A stretch of 64,000 nt of DNA from a virus (IMGVR_UViG_3300020049_007737:1-64000), one strand, 5' to 3'. Shown: positions 48,394 through 59,441, counted from the stretch's first letter. Notes: a model not told the origin generated them from the letters alone. Translations and numbers: made by a program.

Positions 48394-51300
48394 ATGGCAA
48401 ACGAATTTATAATAAGAAAAGGGTTTATAGCTTTAACAGGCTCAACCATAACCGGTAGTTTAAATGTAACTGCTGGTATAACAGGCTCATTACTTGGGAC
48501 AGCATCGTATGCTACAAACGCCTTATCGGCATCATATTTCTCAGGTTCAGTTTCTAATGCTGTAAGTGCATCTTATGCGGCAACTGCTTCAATAGCTACA
48601 AGTGCATCTTATGCTCTTAATGGAGGTGTTACTCAATTATTAGCAGGTCCAAACGTAACATTATCACCAACAAATGGATTAGGACAAGTTACAATTACTG
48701 CTGCTTTAAGCGGAAGTACAAGTTTTAATACTGCAACTGGTTCTTATGGTAGTTTTTACGATACAACTACTCAAACAAATCCTGTAGCTAATGTTCCTCG
48801 TTCAATGTCTTTTAATACAACAGACATTACAAACGGGGTATCAATATCTGGATCAACATCTCCGTATGACACATATATCAAGATAGAAAATCCCGGTGTA
48901 TACGATATACAGTTCTCTGCTCAATTAGACAAAATTGATGCAGGAAAAGATGAGATAATAATATGGCTTAGAAAAAATGGTATAGATTTAACTGATACTG
49001 CTACTAGCGTATCATTGACTAATAATAATGATAAGGTTGTCGCTGCTTGGAACTGGTTTGTAAACTCAGCAGCTAACGACTATTATCAATTAATATGGTA
49101 CTCAGCAGATACTAATATAAGATTATTAGCTGAACCAGCCGGTGGAGGACACCCAGGAATTCCTTCTGTAATATTAACTGCAAATAGAGTAGATCAATTT
49201 TTATCAAATACAGGTTCATTTTCCGGTTCATTTAATGGTAATTTTACAGGTTCATTATTAGGTACTGCTTCTTATGCTACAAATGCTTTAAGTAGCTCTT
49301 ATTCTACAACATCTTCACTACCTTTATTAGGTATTGTAACAGCATCAGCAGTAAATACAACAATTACATTTACAAAAGGAAATGGAACAACATTCGATGT
49401 AACAATAGCTCAATCTGGTTCAGTAGCAACAGCATCATATGCTTTATTTGCTCAAAATGCCGAATCATCTTCATATGCAGCTACAGCATCATATTTTACA
49501 GGAGCAGTAACAAGTGCATCTTATGCTCAAACAGCCTCATACTTAAATACATTAAATCAAAACTTAACGTTTAATGGTAATTTAACATTGAACGGAACAG
49601 CAAGCATAACTTATTTAAATACAATATACGAGACAGCTTCTGTAATATACTCTTCTGGTTCTAACCAATTCGGAGATACTACAAGTGATATACAAACATT
49701 AATAGGTACAGTGATTGTATCTGGTTCTCAACAAATAACAGGTTCATTAGATGTATCTGAAGGTATAACTGGTTCATTATTAGGAACAGCTTCATACGCT
49801 GTAACAGCAATAAACTCATCATATCCTGTTTATGTAACTGGTAATAGTATAGTTGCAAATTTACAAAGTAACCCTTCAATAAACACAGTAGGTAGTGTGT
49901 ATATCGGAAGTAGTGCGGGAAATAATTCAGATGCAGCATCCGATAGTATGATTTGTATAGGTAATCGTGCTGGTTCAAATTCTGCTGGTATTAATACTAT
50001 TATGATAGGAAACAATGCAGGAAACGATACTGTATCAGCCGATTATTCAATATTTATTGGAGCAGGAACTGGACAAGATCAGAGTGGTATTGTATCATAC
50101 ATTACTGCTTTAGGATATAATGCAGGAGCTAATATCAATGATACATCAGCGGAATCAGTATTTATAGGAAGTTTTGCAGGTGATAATAGTACTGTTACTT
50201 ACTCAAATTTTATAGGATACAATGCGGGTGCGCTTTCAACATCATCCTTTTCAAATTTTATAGGAGAGGGTGCAGGAGCTTATTCACTAAGTACTGATAC
50301 TTCTAATTTTATAGGTGGGGGTGCTGGATCATATAGTATAGTTTCATCAAATTCTACCTTTATAGGAACTTCTGCAGGAGGATACTCAACAAATACTGAA
50401 TTCTCTAATTTCATAGGATATAACGCAGGATATGAAAGTACATTATCTGTTAATTCAAATTTTATAGGTAATAGTGCAGGACTTCAAAGTACAGGATCAT
50501 CTCATTCTAATTTCATAGGACCAGGAACCGGAGTAGGTTCTGTAAATACAACATATTCCACTATTATAGGACCTAACACAGCACAATACACAACAGATAT
50601 TGATAACACTTTTATTATTGGTAATAGTGCTGGTTATGCTGCCACCGGAATTCAATTCTCAAACTTTATAGGAGACTCAGCAGGAGCTTATTCATCAGGT
50701 TCAATACAATCTAACTTTATAGGAACATCTGCCGGTCAATATTCAACCGCATCATTCTCAAACTTTATAGGATTCAATGCTGGTGGATACACTAATAGTT
50801 CACACTCATTACATATAGGATATAACGCAGGTTTATATAACTTAAACAATAATAATGTTATAATAGGTACTAATGTAACTTTACCATCAGGAGTAGATAG
50901 TGGATTAAATATAGGAGGTATTTTATTTGGTAGAGGATTATTCTTTGATGATGTAACTGCGGAAGCATTCTCAGGAAGTTTAGGAAACGGTAAAATTGGT
51001 ATAAATGTAGTAGATCCACAACACACATTAGACGTATCAGGTTCAGGTAATTTTACTGATGGATTAACAGTAACAGGTTCATTAATAGCTGATAATATTA
51101 CAGGTAGTTTATTAGGTACTGCTTCTTATGCTTTAACAGCTTCATATTTAGATGGTTTAGTAACAAGTGCGTCTTATGCGGCGACTGCTTCGTATGTAGT
51201 TAATGCTCTAACAGCCTCGTATGTAGTAACGGCTCAAACAGCATCTTACGTACTAAACGCTGTTAGTGCATCTTATGTTCAAACAGCACAAACTGCTTCT

Positions 51301-51801
51301 TATGTTACTTTAGCTCAAACAGCATCTTATGTTTTACAAGCAGTAAGTGCTAGTTATGCTACTAGAGCATTAAGTAGTTCATATGCTGCTACTTCATCAA
51401 TAGCAACAACAGCATCATTCTCATTAAATACATTTACTAATTTAAAAACATCTAGATTTGAAATGGGTGTTTCTAGTACTACAACTATTACAACAGGTGC
51501 TAAAGGAAGAAAAACAATAGGATATAATGGTACTATTGTTGGTTGGAGATTAGTAACAGATCAAAGTACTACAATGACTTTAGATGTTTGGAAAGCTAAT
51601 AACGCAATTCCTACAGTAGCTGATAGTATAACAGGAACCGCTCCAATATCAGTAACAGCAGCACAATTAGGTAATTCAACAACTTTAACAGGATGGACTA
51701 CATCTGTAGCAGCTGGCGATGTATTTATAGTAAACGTAGATTCAAATAATAATGCTACTTATTTTTCATTAGAATTAGATATAGTATTAACCAACTCGTA
51801 A
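48394..51801 (+). CDS. Fibre/adhesin-like virion protein (ASYA repeats + SNFIGxxAG beta-roll repeats)
   Basis: More than 15 units of about 14-17 aa 'SNFIGxxAG'; 'IGINVVDPQHTLDVSG' fibre motif. Confidence 0.75.
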   Translation: MANEFIIRKGFIALTGSTITGSLNVTAGITGSLLGTASYATNALSASYFSGSVSNAVSASYAATASIATSASYALNGGVTQLLAGPNVTLSPTNGLGQVTITAALSGSTSFNTATGSYGSFYDTTTQTNPVANVPRSMSFNTTDITNGVSISGSTSPYDTYIKIENPGVYDIQFSAQLDKIDAGKDEIIIWLRKNGIDLTDTATSVSLTNNNDKVVAAWNWFVNSAANDYYQLIWYSADTNIRLLAEPAGGGHPGIPSVILTANRVDQFLSNTGSFSGSFNGNFTGSLLGTASYATNALSSSYSTTSSLPLLGIVTASAVNTTITFTKGNGTTFDVTIAQSGSVATASYALFAQNAESSSYAATASYFTGAVTSASYAQTASYLNTLNQNLTFNGNLTLNGTASITYLNTIYETASVIYSSGSNQFGDTTSDIQTLIGTVIVSGSQQITGSLDVSEGITGSLLGTASYAVTAINSSYPVYVTGNSIVANLQSNPSINTVGSVYIGSSAGNNSDAASDSMICIGNRAGSNSAGINTIMIGNNAGNDTVSADYSIFIGAGTGQDQSGIVSYITALGYNAGANINDTSAESVFIGSFAGDNSTVTYSNFIGYNAGALSTSSFSNFIGEGAGAYSLSTDTSNFIGGGAGSYSIVSSNSTFIGTSAGGYSTNTEFSNFIGYNAGYESTLSVNSNFIGNSAGLQSTGSSHSNFIGPGTGVGSVNTTYSTIIGPNTAQYTTDIDNTFIIGNSAGYAATGIQFSNFIGDSAGAYSSGSIQSNFIGTSAGQYSTASFSNFIGFNAGGYTNSSHSLHIGYNAGLYNLNNNNVIIGTNVTLPSGVDSGLNIGGILFGRGLFFDDVTAEAFSGSLGNGKIGINVVDPQHTLDVSGSGNFTDGLTVTGSLIADNITGSLLGTASYALTASYLDGLVTSASYAATASYVVNALTASYVVTAQTASYVLNAVSASYVQTAQTASYVTLAQTASYVLQAVSASYATRALSSSYAATSSIATTASFSLNTFTNLKTSRFEMGVSSTTTITTGAKGRKTIGYNGTIVGWRLVTDQSTTMTLDVWKANNAIPTVADSITGTAPISVTAAQLGNSTTLTGWTTSVAAGDVFIVNVDSNNNATYFSLELDIVLTNS

Positions 51802-51813
51802 TAAAATAGTTTT

Positions 51814-53802
51814 ATGGCAACAAGAAAAAAAACAATAACCGTACCTGTAAATTTTGGTAACGTAGCAGATTTAGTAAATAATACGCTTACCACAATAGGT
51901 ACTCCAACAATTTATATTCCTGAAAACAGTGTAGGTAACCCAGTTACATTTACTTCAGTATGTTTCTTCACAGCAGCTCAAGATACATCAACAGTAACTG
52001 GTGCTACTATAACAACATATACAAACACGTTAACATTAGCTGCAGCACCCGCAAGTACAGTTACAATATCCGCAGGTACTTTACCTAACTCAGGTGAAAA
52101 TTGGGGTGGATTATTTGGCCCAGTAGATTACACAACATATTTTAATACAAACTATGGAACTGGTACTTCTAAAGCATTAACCGTACAAGTATTGAGTAAC
52201 ATTACAACTGGTACTGGTGTAACAACAAGAGGTGTTTATGGTTATTTGGAAATAACTTACACTTATGATGATTCAGCATTAACAAGAATAAAAACTATTT
52301 GCATTCCTTATGAATCACAAATTTCAACATTAACAACTACAGCAAATACTACTTTTGCAACAATGCCTCAATTAACAGGAGTAGGGGGTTGGTTAGATGG
52401 ATATGCTGGTGTTACTATTAGGAATAGATGGATAGAAATAAAAGGTAATTGTAATAACAACAATACAGCAACTGACTCTAACTTAACAACAAACTTTGAT
52501 AGTAGTGGTTCTCCAGTTACATTACCTGTTAGAGAATCAGCTCTAGCATCAGATACATACCAGATGTATCAAGTAGATGCATCTGCTTTAACAACCACAG
52601 CAACCCACAACTTCCAATTATGGAATTCATTAGCATCAAGATGGGCTAATATTATAGTAAACGAATGGATAACATTTGAATACACAGTAGCAGGATCAGC
52701 AAGACCTCTTAATTATATAGAAATACCTATTGAATTTGACTCTCCAATTCCTGGTACAACATCAGCAGTAGCATTAAGATTAGCTCGTCAATTATTAATT
52801 CCTGAACCAGGTACTCTTACAATGAGAAAATGTTCTGTAGAAATAAATTATAATACAATAGCTTCTGCTACAGTAGCTATTAAAGCAGGAGCACAAGCAT
52901 CTTATAGATCATATGCTCAAGCTTCAAACGTTGTAGCAGGAATGTTTTCATTCCAACATGGTTTAGATGCATCATCAGCTTTAGGAGCAGCATTTACTTT
53001 AGCTAAGGGTGAAAATGATATAGTGATAGATTTATACAGAAGTGTGGGTTCAGCATACAATGTTACTGGAGTATTAAAAATGTTATATGAATCTGATGTA
53101 GACGCAGGAGGTATAGATAATCATAGTGATGTAAGAAGAGGATTTATGAGACAAATGTCTTTTACAGCAACTGGTGATGTAAGTGTAACAGATTCTTTTG
53201 TAATACCTGATGCTAATTATTGGTTACAAGGTCTAGCTTTACAAAATTATTTCTGGATGCAATCATCTGTTAGTCCATTGACTCAACAAACAGCCATATT
53301 ACCTGGTGAGAGTGATGGAGCTGGTTGGAGAGAATTATTCGTGGATAGTTACATTGGTGATAACGAATTGGCATATGGTAGATGGACTGTTAGAGCAAGA
53401 CCTGAATTTAAAATATATCCTCAAAGTCCTGATGTAGAAAGATTGGACGTAGAAACTGCACGTTCATATAGAACAACATCATTCTCAACATTTAGATTTG
53501 GAACAACATGGGTTAATTCTTATATGAATATAACAAGTACCTTATCAGGAACTATATCTAATAGTAATGGAGGTTTAATTTCAATTTCTTTATTTAGAGC
53601 GGATACAGATCAATTGATGGCAACAACTACAAGAACAGGTGATGGAACTTATTCGTTTGTTATATACATTGATAATATTGATTATTATGTAACAGCATAT
53701 GAAGACAACACTTATAAAGGATTATCAAAAACAGATTTAGTTAATACTAATTTTGATATTAGTATGACTGGTGGGGGTGGTGGGGGAGAATTTTTCTTCT
53801 AA
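51814..53802 (+). CDS. Virion-associated beta-rich protein (receptor-binding candidate)
   Basis: T-rich 662 aa inside the fibre cluster. Confidence 0.55.
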   Translation: MATRKKTITVPVNFGNVADLVNNTLTTIGTPTIYIPENSVGNPVTFTSVCFFTAAQDTSTVTGATITTYTNTLTLAAAPASTVTISAGTLPNSGENWGGLFGPVDYTTYFNTNYGTGTSKALTVQVLSNITTGTGVTTRGVYGYLEITYTYDDSALTRIKTICIPYESQISTLTTTANTTFATMPQLTGVGGWLDGYAGVTIRNRWIEIKGNCNNNNTATDSNLTTNFDSSGSPVTLPVRESALASDTYQMYQVDASALTTTATHNFQLWNSLASRWANIIVNEWITFEYTVAGSARPLNYIEIPIEFDSPIPGTTSAVALRLARQLLIPEPGTLTMRKCSVEINYNTIASATVAIKAGAQASYRSYAQASNVVAGMFSFQHGLDASSALGAAFTLAKGENDIVIDLYRSVGSAYNVTGVLKMLYESDVDAGGIDNHSDVRRGFMRQMSFTATGDVSVTDSFVIPDANYWLQGLALQNYFWMQSSVSPLTQQTAILPGESDGAGWRELFVDSYIGDNELAYGRWTVRARPEFKIYPQSPDVERLDVETARSYRTTSFSTFRFGTTWVNSYMNITSTLSGTISNSNGGLISISLFRADTDQLMATTTRTGDGTYSFVIYIDNIDYYVTAYEDNTYKGLSKTDLVNTNFDISMTGGGGGGEFFF

Positions 53803-53810
53803 TATTTATA
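53803..53810 (+). promoter_or_regulatory. Putative late promoter box TATTTATA
   Basis: Upstream of 53818. Confidence 0.6.
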
Positions 53811-53817
53811 ATAAAAT

Positions 53818-54183
53818 ATGATAAAGTCTGTAAATCCCGTATCAGTAAATGTATTAGATCCTACCCAATTAAATTATATTAACATTAATATTGTTTTAGA
53901 CATCAGAGGAGGTGAATACATTTCTGAGGCTAGACACTTTTATGAGGTTAGTGGTAGTCAAACTACAGTTCATATTGGAGTAGAAAAATACTCTCATGAA
54001 CAAATAAATTATATTTATGATGCTTTAAAACCGGTTTTAGAATCATTACCTTTTACAGAACAACTTCAAACAGGTGTTGAATTAACATCATTAGATTACT
54101 ATAATACTCATGATTATTATGGAGTTCCCGCTAACACAAATGGTTGGGAAATAGCAATACCTGTTACAGGTTCAAATATATAA
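53818..54183 (+). CDS. Hypothetical protein (fibre cluster)
   Basis: 121 aa ORF after a late box. Confidence 0.55.
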   Translation: MIKSVNPVSVNVLDPTQLNYININIVLDIRGGEYISEARHFYEVSGSQTTVHIGVEKYSHEQINYIYDALKPVLESLPFTEQLQTGVELTSLDYYNTHDYYGVPANTNGWEIAIPVTGSNI

Positions 54184-54196
54184 AATGTTATAACAT

Positions 54197-56773
54197 ATGC
54201 CACCGTTTAATACAGTACCAGGATTAGTTCCTTTAAAAATATATAGTGGAAGTACATTACTTACCACTAATGTCAACCTTATCAATTTTACAGGTTCAGG
54301 AGTTACAACTACTGTTAATGCATTTAATGGTTTAACAGTTACTATTGGTGGTGGAGGAACTACTGTAGATACAGGTTCATTATTAAAAACAGCATCATTT
54401 TCAAATCCAAATTTAACATTTACAAAAGGTGATGGAAGTACATTTGATGTAGATTTAATTACTTTAGTACCTACAAGTGCATCATATGCTTTAACATCTT
54501 CTTTTGCTATAAGTGCATCATATGCACCAGTAACACCTCCATTTCCTTATACAGGTTCAGCTCAAATTACAGGAAGTTTAGGAGTAACGGGTTCTGTTTC
54601 AATGTCTTTTTCTACTGGTGAAAAAGTTTATATAGCGGGTGCTGTAGGATCAGCGGAAACATTATTAGAAATAAGAAGACTAAATAGTAATTCGGGTGGT
54701 TTTATTTTTAGAAGTAACAGTAGTTTATCTCAACAATTAGAAACCACTAATGGTATTTTTAATATTAATACTGTCGATAATTCAGATATTCAACTATGGC
54801 CAGGTACTGGTAGTGTTAATATTAACACGACAGTTTTGAATATGAATGCTATTAACTCAGGTGTTCAGTTTAAAATAGGTACTCAAGCAGCTTCTTTATT
54901 AAATAGATGGATAAACGTAGGTACATCAACAGATTCGAGTTATAGTATAATCCAAGCAGCACAAAACGGAGCTACTCCAGCAGCAAATAACATAAGATTA
55001 AATCCTTTTGGTGGATATGTTGGTATAGGAAGTGCAACAACAGGAAGTAATTTAATAGTATTTAATGGACTAATTTCCGCTTCATATAGTTCAAGTAACT
55101 TATCAGTTGGTGGAACTCCAGGATGGACTACACCATTAAGAAACACAGCTATAGGTGTATCGACTCAAGGTTCAGTAACAACACAAACAGATAATACATC
55201 TGTTGGTTATTTAACTTTACTAGGTGGTACTTATAACACAGCCGTAGGATCATATGCTGCTCAATTAAATACAGGTGATGGTAACGTTGCTTTAGGCTAT
55301 TATGCATTAGGTAATCAAACTTCAAACATAAGTTATAATATAGCTATTGGTTGGCAATCAATGTTCAACGCCTCGGGTTCAGGAACTTTACATAATATCT
55401 CTCTTGGTTATCAATCTATGTATAGTGCTCGAGGAACCTATAACATAGCAATGGGTTATAGATCTGGATTTGGACTAACAACTGGATATCAAAACATATT
55501 TTTAGGATACAGAGCAGGATTGTATACATCAATATCAGGTGATAATATAGCAATTGGACATCAAGCAGGTTTAAAAATATCATCAAGTGATAATAGTAAT
55601 ATTTTAATAGGAACTAGTGCTGGTGGTAATGATAGTGGTGGTGCTACTTTAATGGGTAGTGGAAATGTTGGTATAGGTCTTGAATCACTAGCTGCCATAT
55701 CCTCAAGTGCTGGTGCATCTCCTGGTAACGTAGCTATAGGATTCCAATCAGGTAGAGGATTAACAACAGGTACTAGAAATATTCTTTTAGGATATAGAGC
55801 AGGATGGGGTATTGGAAGAGGTAGTAGTAATATATTTATGGGTTCTGATGTTGGTTTAGCTACAACAACACAAGCCATAAGTAATAACATTAGTATAGGC
55901 TCATCAACACTTAATGTGAATGTTAGTGCCAGTTACAATGTAGCAGTGGGAACATCAGCTTTAACATCAGTTGGAGCAACAGCAAGTGGAGCAAATAATG
56001 GAAGTTGGAATATCGCATTAGGATATAATGCTGGCAGTATTCTGAAAACAGGAATGTATAATGTTTTCATAGGAGTAGAGGCAGGAGCAAACAACTCAGG
56101 AAACCCAGTAAGTAATGGTAGTTATACTACCTTTATAGGACATAGAGCTGGAATGATTCAAGGAAATAATGGTGATTGGGGAAATTACAGTGTTGGTATA
56201 GGTACTTTTGCTATGGGATATAATGGTGGTATTACACCAATAGCACCAGGAGTAGGAAATACAGCAGTAGGATCTTCAACATTAACTAGAATAAGTAGTA
56301 GCATAACAACAAGAAACACAGCAGTAGGTTATAATGCTGGTGTTGTATTGAATGTTGGTGCTAATAATACATTTGTTGGTTCATATTCTGGTCAAAACTT
56401 TGCAACAGGTTCATCAAACATATTTGTTGGAGACTCAGCAGGTAATGGTATAGTAAGTGGTTCACGTAATACTATTATAGGTTCAATTACTGGACTAACA
56501 GCTAGTTTAAATGATACAATAATAATAGGAGCTGGTTCAACAGAACGAATAAGAATTGATGCATCAGGAAGTATGGGTTTAGGAACAACAGCACCATCTT
56601 CATCAGCTAAATTACAAATAGATTCAACAATACAAGGATTTTTACCCCCAAGAATGACTAATGCTCAAAGAACAGCAATAACGGCACCAGCAATTGGACT
56701 AATAGTTTATTGTACTGATGCTACTGAAGGATTATATGTCAATAAATCAACAGGTTGGACATTTATAATATAA
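54197..56773 (+). CDS. Fibre/adhesin-like protein with NxA(I/V)GxxA repeats
   Basis: YadA-head-like repeats; C-terminal 'GFLPPRMTNAQR..I..PA.GLIVY.TD' module. Confidence 0.75.
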   Translation: MPPFNTVPGLVPLKIYSGSTLLTTNVNLINFTGSGVTTTVNAFNGLTVTIGGGGTTVDTGSLLKTASFSNPNLTFTKGDGSTFDVDLITLVPTSASYALTSSFAISASYAPVTPPFPYTGSAQITGSLGVTGSVSMSFSTGEKVYIAGAVGSAETLLEIRRLNSNSGGFIFRSNSSLSQQLETTNGIFNINTVDNSDIQLWPGTGSVNINTTVLNMNAINSGVQFKIGTQAASLLNRWINVGTSTDSSYSIIQAAQNGATPAANNIRLNPFGGYVGIGSATTGSNLIVFNGLISASYSSSNLSVGGTPGWTTPLRNTAIGVSTQGSVTTQTDNTSVGYLTLLGGTYNTAVGSYAAQLNTGDGNVALGYYALGNQTSNISYNIAIGWQSMFNASGSGTLHNISLGYQSMYSARGTYNIAMGYRSGFGLTTGYQNIFLGYRAGLYTSISGDNIAIGHQAGLKISSSDNSNILIGTSAGGNDSGGATLMGSGNVGIGLESLAAISSSAGASPGNVAIGFQSGRGLTTGTRNILLGYRAGWGIGRGSSNIFMGSDVGLATTTQAISNNISIGSSTLNVNVSASYNVAVGTSALTSVGATASGANNGSWNIALGYNAGSILKTGMYNVFIGVEAGANNSGNPVSNGSYTTFIGHRAGMIQGNNGDWGNYSVGIGTFAMGYNGGITPIAPGVGNTAVGSSTLTRISSSITTRNTAVGYNAGVVLNVGANNTFVGSYSGQNFATGSSNIFVGDSAGNGIVSGSRNTIIGSITGLTASLNDTIIIGAGSTERIRIDASGSMGLGTTAPSSSAKLQIDSTIQGFLPPRMTNAQRTAITAPAIGLIVYCTDATEGLYVNKSTGWTFII

Positions 56774-56800
56774 AATAGTGTAAGAATAACTATTTTCATA

Positions 56801-56808
56801 TATTTATA
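56801..56808 (+). promoter_or_regulatory. Putative late promoter box TATTTATA
   Basis: Upstream of 56814. Confidence 0.6.
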
Positions 56809-56813
56809 GATAT

Positions 56814-57374
56814 ATGGCAATTGTTCTATCAAAATCAAATATAGCAAATAGTAATACTATTGAAGCATGGCAAGTATCACAATCAGTAGATGCCTTTACA
56901 GGAATAGAAGCGTATGATATCACAATATCAGGTTCATTAACAGTAACAGGTTCTACTAATTTAAGTGGTTCTACTACTATAGTAGGAGGTGATCTTACAG
57001 TACGTGGTTTTGCAAATGCAACAGCATCTTGGGCAACTAATGTAGTAAACAATCCTTCAAGCATCGATGGTGATTATTTACCTCAAGGTACTACAGTTGC
57101 AACAACTAACCCCTTAAAATTCGCTGCTGGTGCTACTGAAATAGCTACTGGTTTAACACAAGTTACAGTTAATTTCCCAACAATTCAAAATAAAGTATTA
57201 GGAACAGATGTTTTTGTTACGGTTGGTGTTTCATCATCATATGCTACTTCAAGTATGGCTTATTTTCCTAGAGTAGATAGTTTATCAAACACAGGAGACT
57301 TAACATTTTCTATGCAAACATCAAATGCATCAAATCCTACGCCATTCTTTTTTACAATAATGTACAAACCTTAA
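56814..57374 (+). CDS. Short fibre-like virion protein
   Basis: 'ITISGSLTVTGS' repeats. Confidence 0.55.
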   Translation: MAIVLSKSNIANSNTIEAWQVSQSVDAFTGIEAYDITISGSLTVTGSTNLSGSTTIVGGDLTVRGFANATASWATNVVNNPSSIDGDYLPQGTTVATTNPLKFAAGATEIATGLTQVTVNFPTIQNKVLGTDVFVTVGVSSSYATSSMAYFPRVDSLSNTGDLTFSMQTSNASNPTPFFFTIMYKP

Positions 57375-57390
57375 AAATAAAATATAAATC

Positions 57391-57642
57391 ATGGAAAAAA
57401 TAGTTTTAACAACAGACGAGTTACAATCACTTAAAAATTTTCAATCAACAAAAAACCAAATCATTAGCGATTTTGGTATTATTGAGTTTCAAATCCAAGA
57501 ATTAAAAACACAAAAAGAAATGCTTGTAAAAGCACTAGCTGGTTTAAAAGCCGAAGAAAATAAAGTTAGTCAAGAATTACAAGACAAATATGGTGAAGGA
57601 AACATTGATTTAACTAGCGGAGAATTTATCGCTACAAAGTAA
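57391..57642 (+). CDS. Small coiled-coil protein (possible fibre chaperone)
   Basis: Heptad pattern; C-terminal 'KYGEGNIDLTSGEF'. Confidence 0.55.
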   Translation: MEKIVLTTDELQSLKNFQSTKNQIISDFGIIEFQIQELKTQKEMLVKALAGLKAEENKVSQELQDKYGEGNIDLTSGEFIATK

Positions 57643-57700
57643 CTTTTGATTCCTTCTGTCATATTTATTACAGAATAAAATAAACTAATAAATAAACAAC

Positions 57701-59425
57701 ATGGCAGAAACATTAATATCTCCTGGCGTATTAGCGATAGAAAACGATCAATCGTTTATCACCCAGCAACCAATCACCGTAGGTGCGGCTATTATTGGTC
57801 CAACAGTTAAAGGTCCTGTAGAAGTTCCTACAATTGTTACCTCTTATAGTCAGTATCAAAATAAATTTGGTACTACATTTACAAGTGCAAGTAACGTTTA
57901 CACTTACTTCACTTCAATTGCAGCTTATAACTATTTTAACAATGGTGGTGAAACATTATTAGTTTCTCGTGTAGTAAGTGGTACATTTTCACCAGCATTA
58001 AGTACAGCAATATCAGCAAGTACAGAAGCATCAACACAACCAGCTTTTGTTTTAGAAACTTTATCTGAAGGTGTTATTATGAATAGCTCTTCAAGTTTAG
58101 ATTCAGCAGGTGCTTTAGCTAGTGGTTCATCAGATAACATCAGATGGCAAATCGTTAACGCTGATACTTCATCAGGTACTTTTGCATTATTAATCCGTCA
58201 AGGTAATGATACAACAAATTCACCAGTAGTTTTAGAAACTTGGACAGGTTTATCATTAGATCCTTATTCTCCAAATTTCGTATCAAGAGTATTAGGTGAC
58301 CAAACTCAGAATTACAATTCAACTAATATCCAAATGGAAGTTTCAGGTTCTTATCCTAATGCTTCTAAATATGTAAGAGTATCAAGTGTTAATTTATTAA
58401 CTCCTAATTATTTAGATAACGCAGGATTACCTAAAGCTCAATACACAAGTTCAATTCCATTAAACGCAAGTGGTTCATTCAATAGCGCTACTGGTACATT
58501 AAATACAGGTGTAAATGCTAAATATTATGATAATATCGTTACAGGTGTTACTAATACTCAAGGTTTAACAGGTAGTGACTATAATAACATGATCAATTTA
58601 TTATCTAACCAAGATGATTACAGATTTAATGTTATGATTACCCCAGGTTTATTCTCAGCAGAAGCTCCAATTGGTGCATCACAAGTAACATCAATCATCA
58701 ACAATACTCAAAACAGAGGTGATAATATTTACGTAGTTGACTTAGTAGCTTATAACGCAACATCAGCAGCCGCAGTAACAGCAGCAAATGCAAAAAATAC
58801 TTCATATGCTGCTTCATATTGGCCTTGGGTTCAAACAATTGATCCAGATTCTGCTCAATTAGTATGGGTACCTGCTTCAACAATGATTGCTGGTGTTTAT
58901 GCTTATAACGATAACGTAAGTGAACCTTGGTTTGCACCTGCAGGTATTAATAGAGGTGGTTTAAGTAACGTAGTTAGAGCAGCTCAAAAATTATCACAAA
59001 CAAACCGTGATACTTTATACAGTAATAAAATTAACCCAATTGCAACATTCCCAGGAACTGGAGTTGTAGTATATGGTCAAAAGACATTACAAACTAAAGC
59101 ATCTGCATTAGATAGAGTAAACGTAAGAAGATTATTAATTTCATTAAAATCATACATTTCTCAAGTTGCAAATAACTTAGTATTTGAACAAAACACTATT
59201 GCTACAAGAAATCAATTCTTAAGTCAAGTTAATCCTTACTTAACATCAGTACAACAAAGACAAGGTTTATACGCATTCAGAGTAATCATGGATGATAGTA
59301 ATAACACACCTGATGTAATTGATAGAAACCAATTAGTAGGTCAAATTTACTTACAACCAACTAAAACTGCTGAATTTATTTACTTAAACTTCAACATTTT
59401 ACCTACAGGAGTAAGTTTCGGGTAA
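57701..59425 (+). CDS. Tail sheath protein (T4 gp18-like)
   Basis: 'SPGVLAIEND', 'WFAPAGINRG', 'RVNVRRL', 'FEQN' and 'PTKTAEFI'; ATATTTATT box at 57661. Confidence 0.95.
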   Translation: MAETLISPGVLAIENDQSFITQQPITVGAAIIGPTVKGPVEVPTIVTSYSQYQNKFGTTFTSASNVYTYFTSIAAYNYFNNGGETLLVSRVVSGTFSPALSTAISASTEASTQPAFVLETLSEGVIMNSSSSLDSAGALASGSSDNIRWQIVNADTSSGTFALLIRQGNDTTNSPVVLETWTGLSLDPYSPNFVSRVLGDQTQNYNSTNIQMEVSGSYPNASKYVRVSSVNLLTPNYLDNAGLPKAQYTSSIPLNASGSFNSATGTLNTGVNAKYYDNIVTGVTNTQGLTGSDYNNMINLLSNQDDYRFNVMITPGLFSAEAPIGASQVTSIINNTQNRGDNIYVVDLVAYNATSAAAVTAANAKNTSYAASYWPWVQTIDPDSAQLVWVPASTMIAGVYAYNDNVSEPWFAPAGINRGGLSNVVRAAQKLSQTNRDTLYSNKINPIATFPGTGVVVYGQKTLQTKASALDRVNVRRLLISLKSYISQVANNLVFEQNTIATRNQFLSQVNPYLTSVQQRQGLYAFRVIMDDSNNTPDVIDRNQLVGQIYLQPTKTAEFIYLNFNILPTGVSFG

Positions 59426-59441
59426 TTTTTTAAAAACACAA

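Noticed and set aside
47040-51420. Tandem repeats as a CRISPR array or DGR target
   Set aside because: They are degenerate in-frame peptide repeats with synonymous variation. There is no repeat-spacer structure, no adenine-specific template/variable pair and no reverse transcriptase in the window.
56772-56796. AAAATAGT/ACTATTTT hairpin as a terminator
   Set aside because: The stem is AT-rich and weak; it is plausible by chance at this composition.
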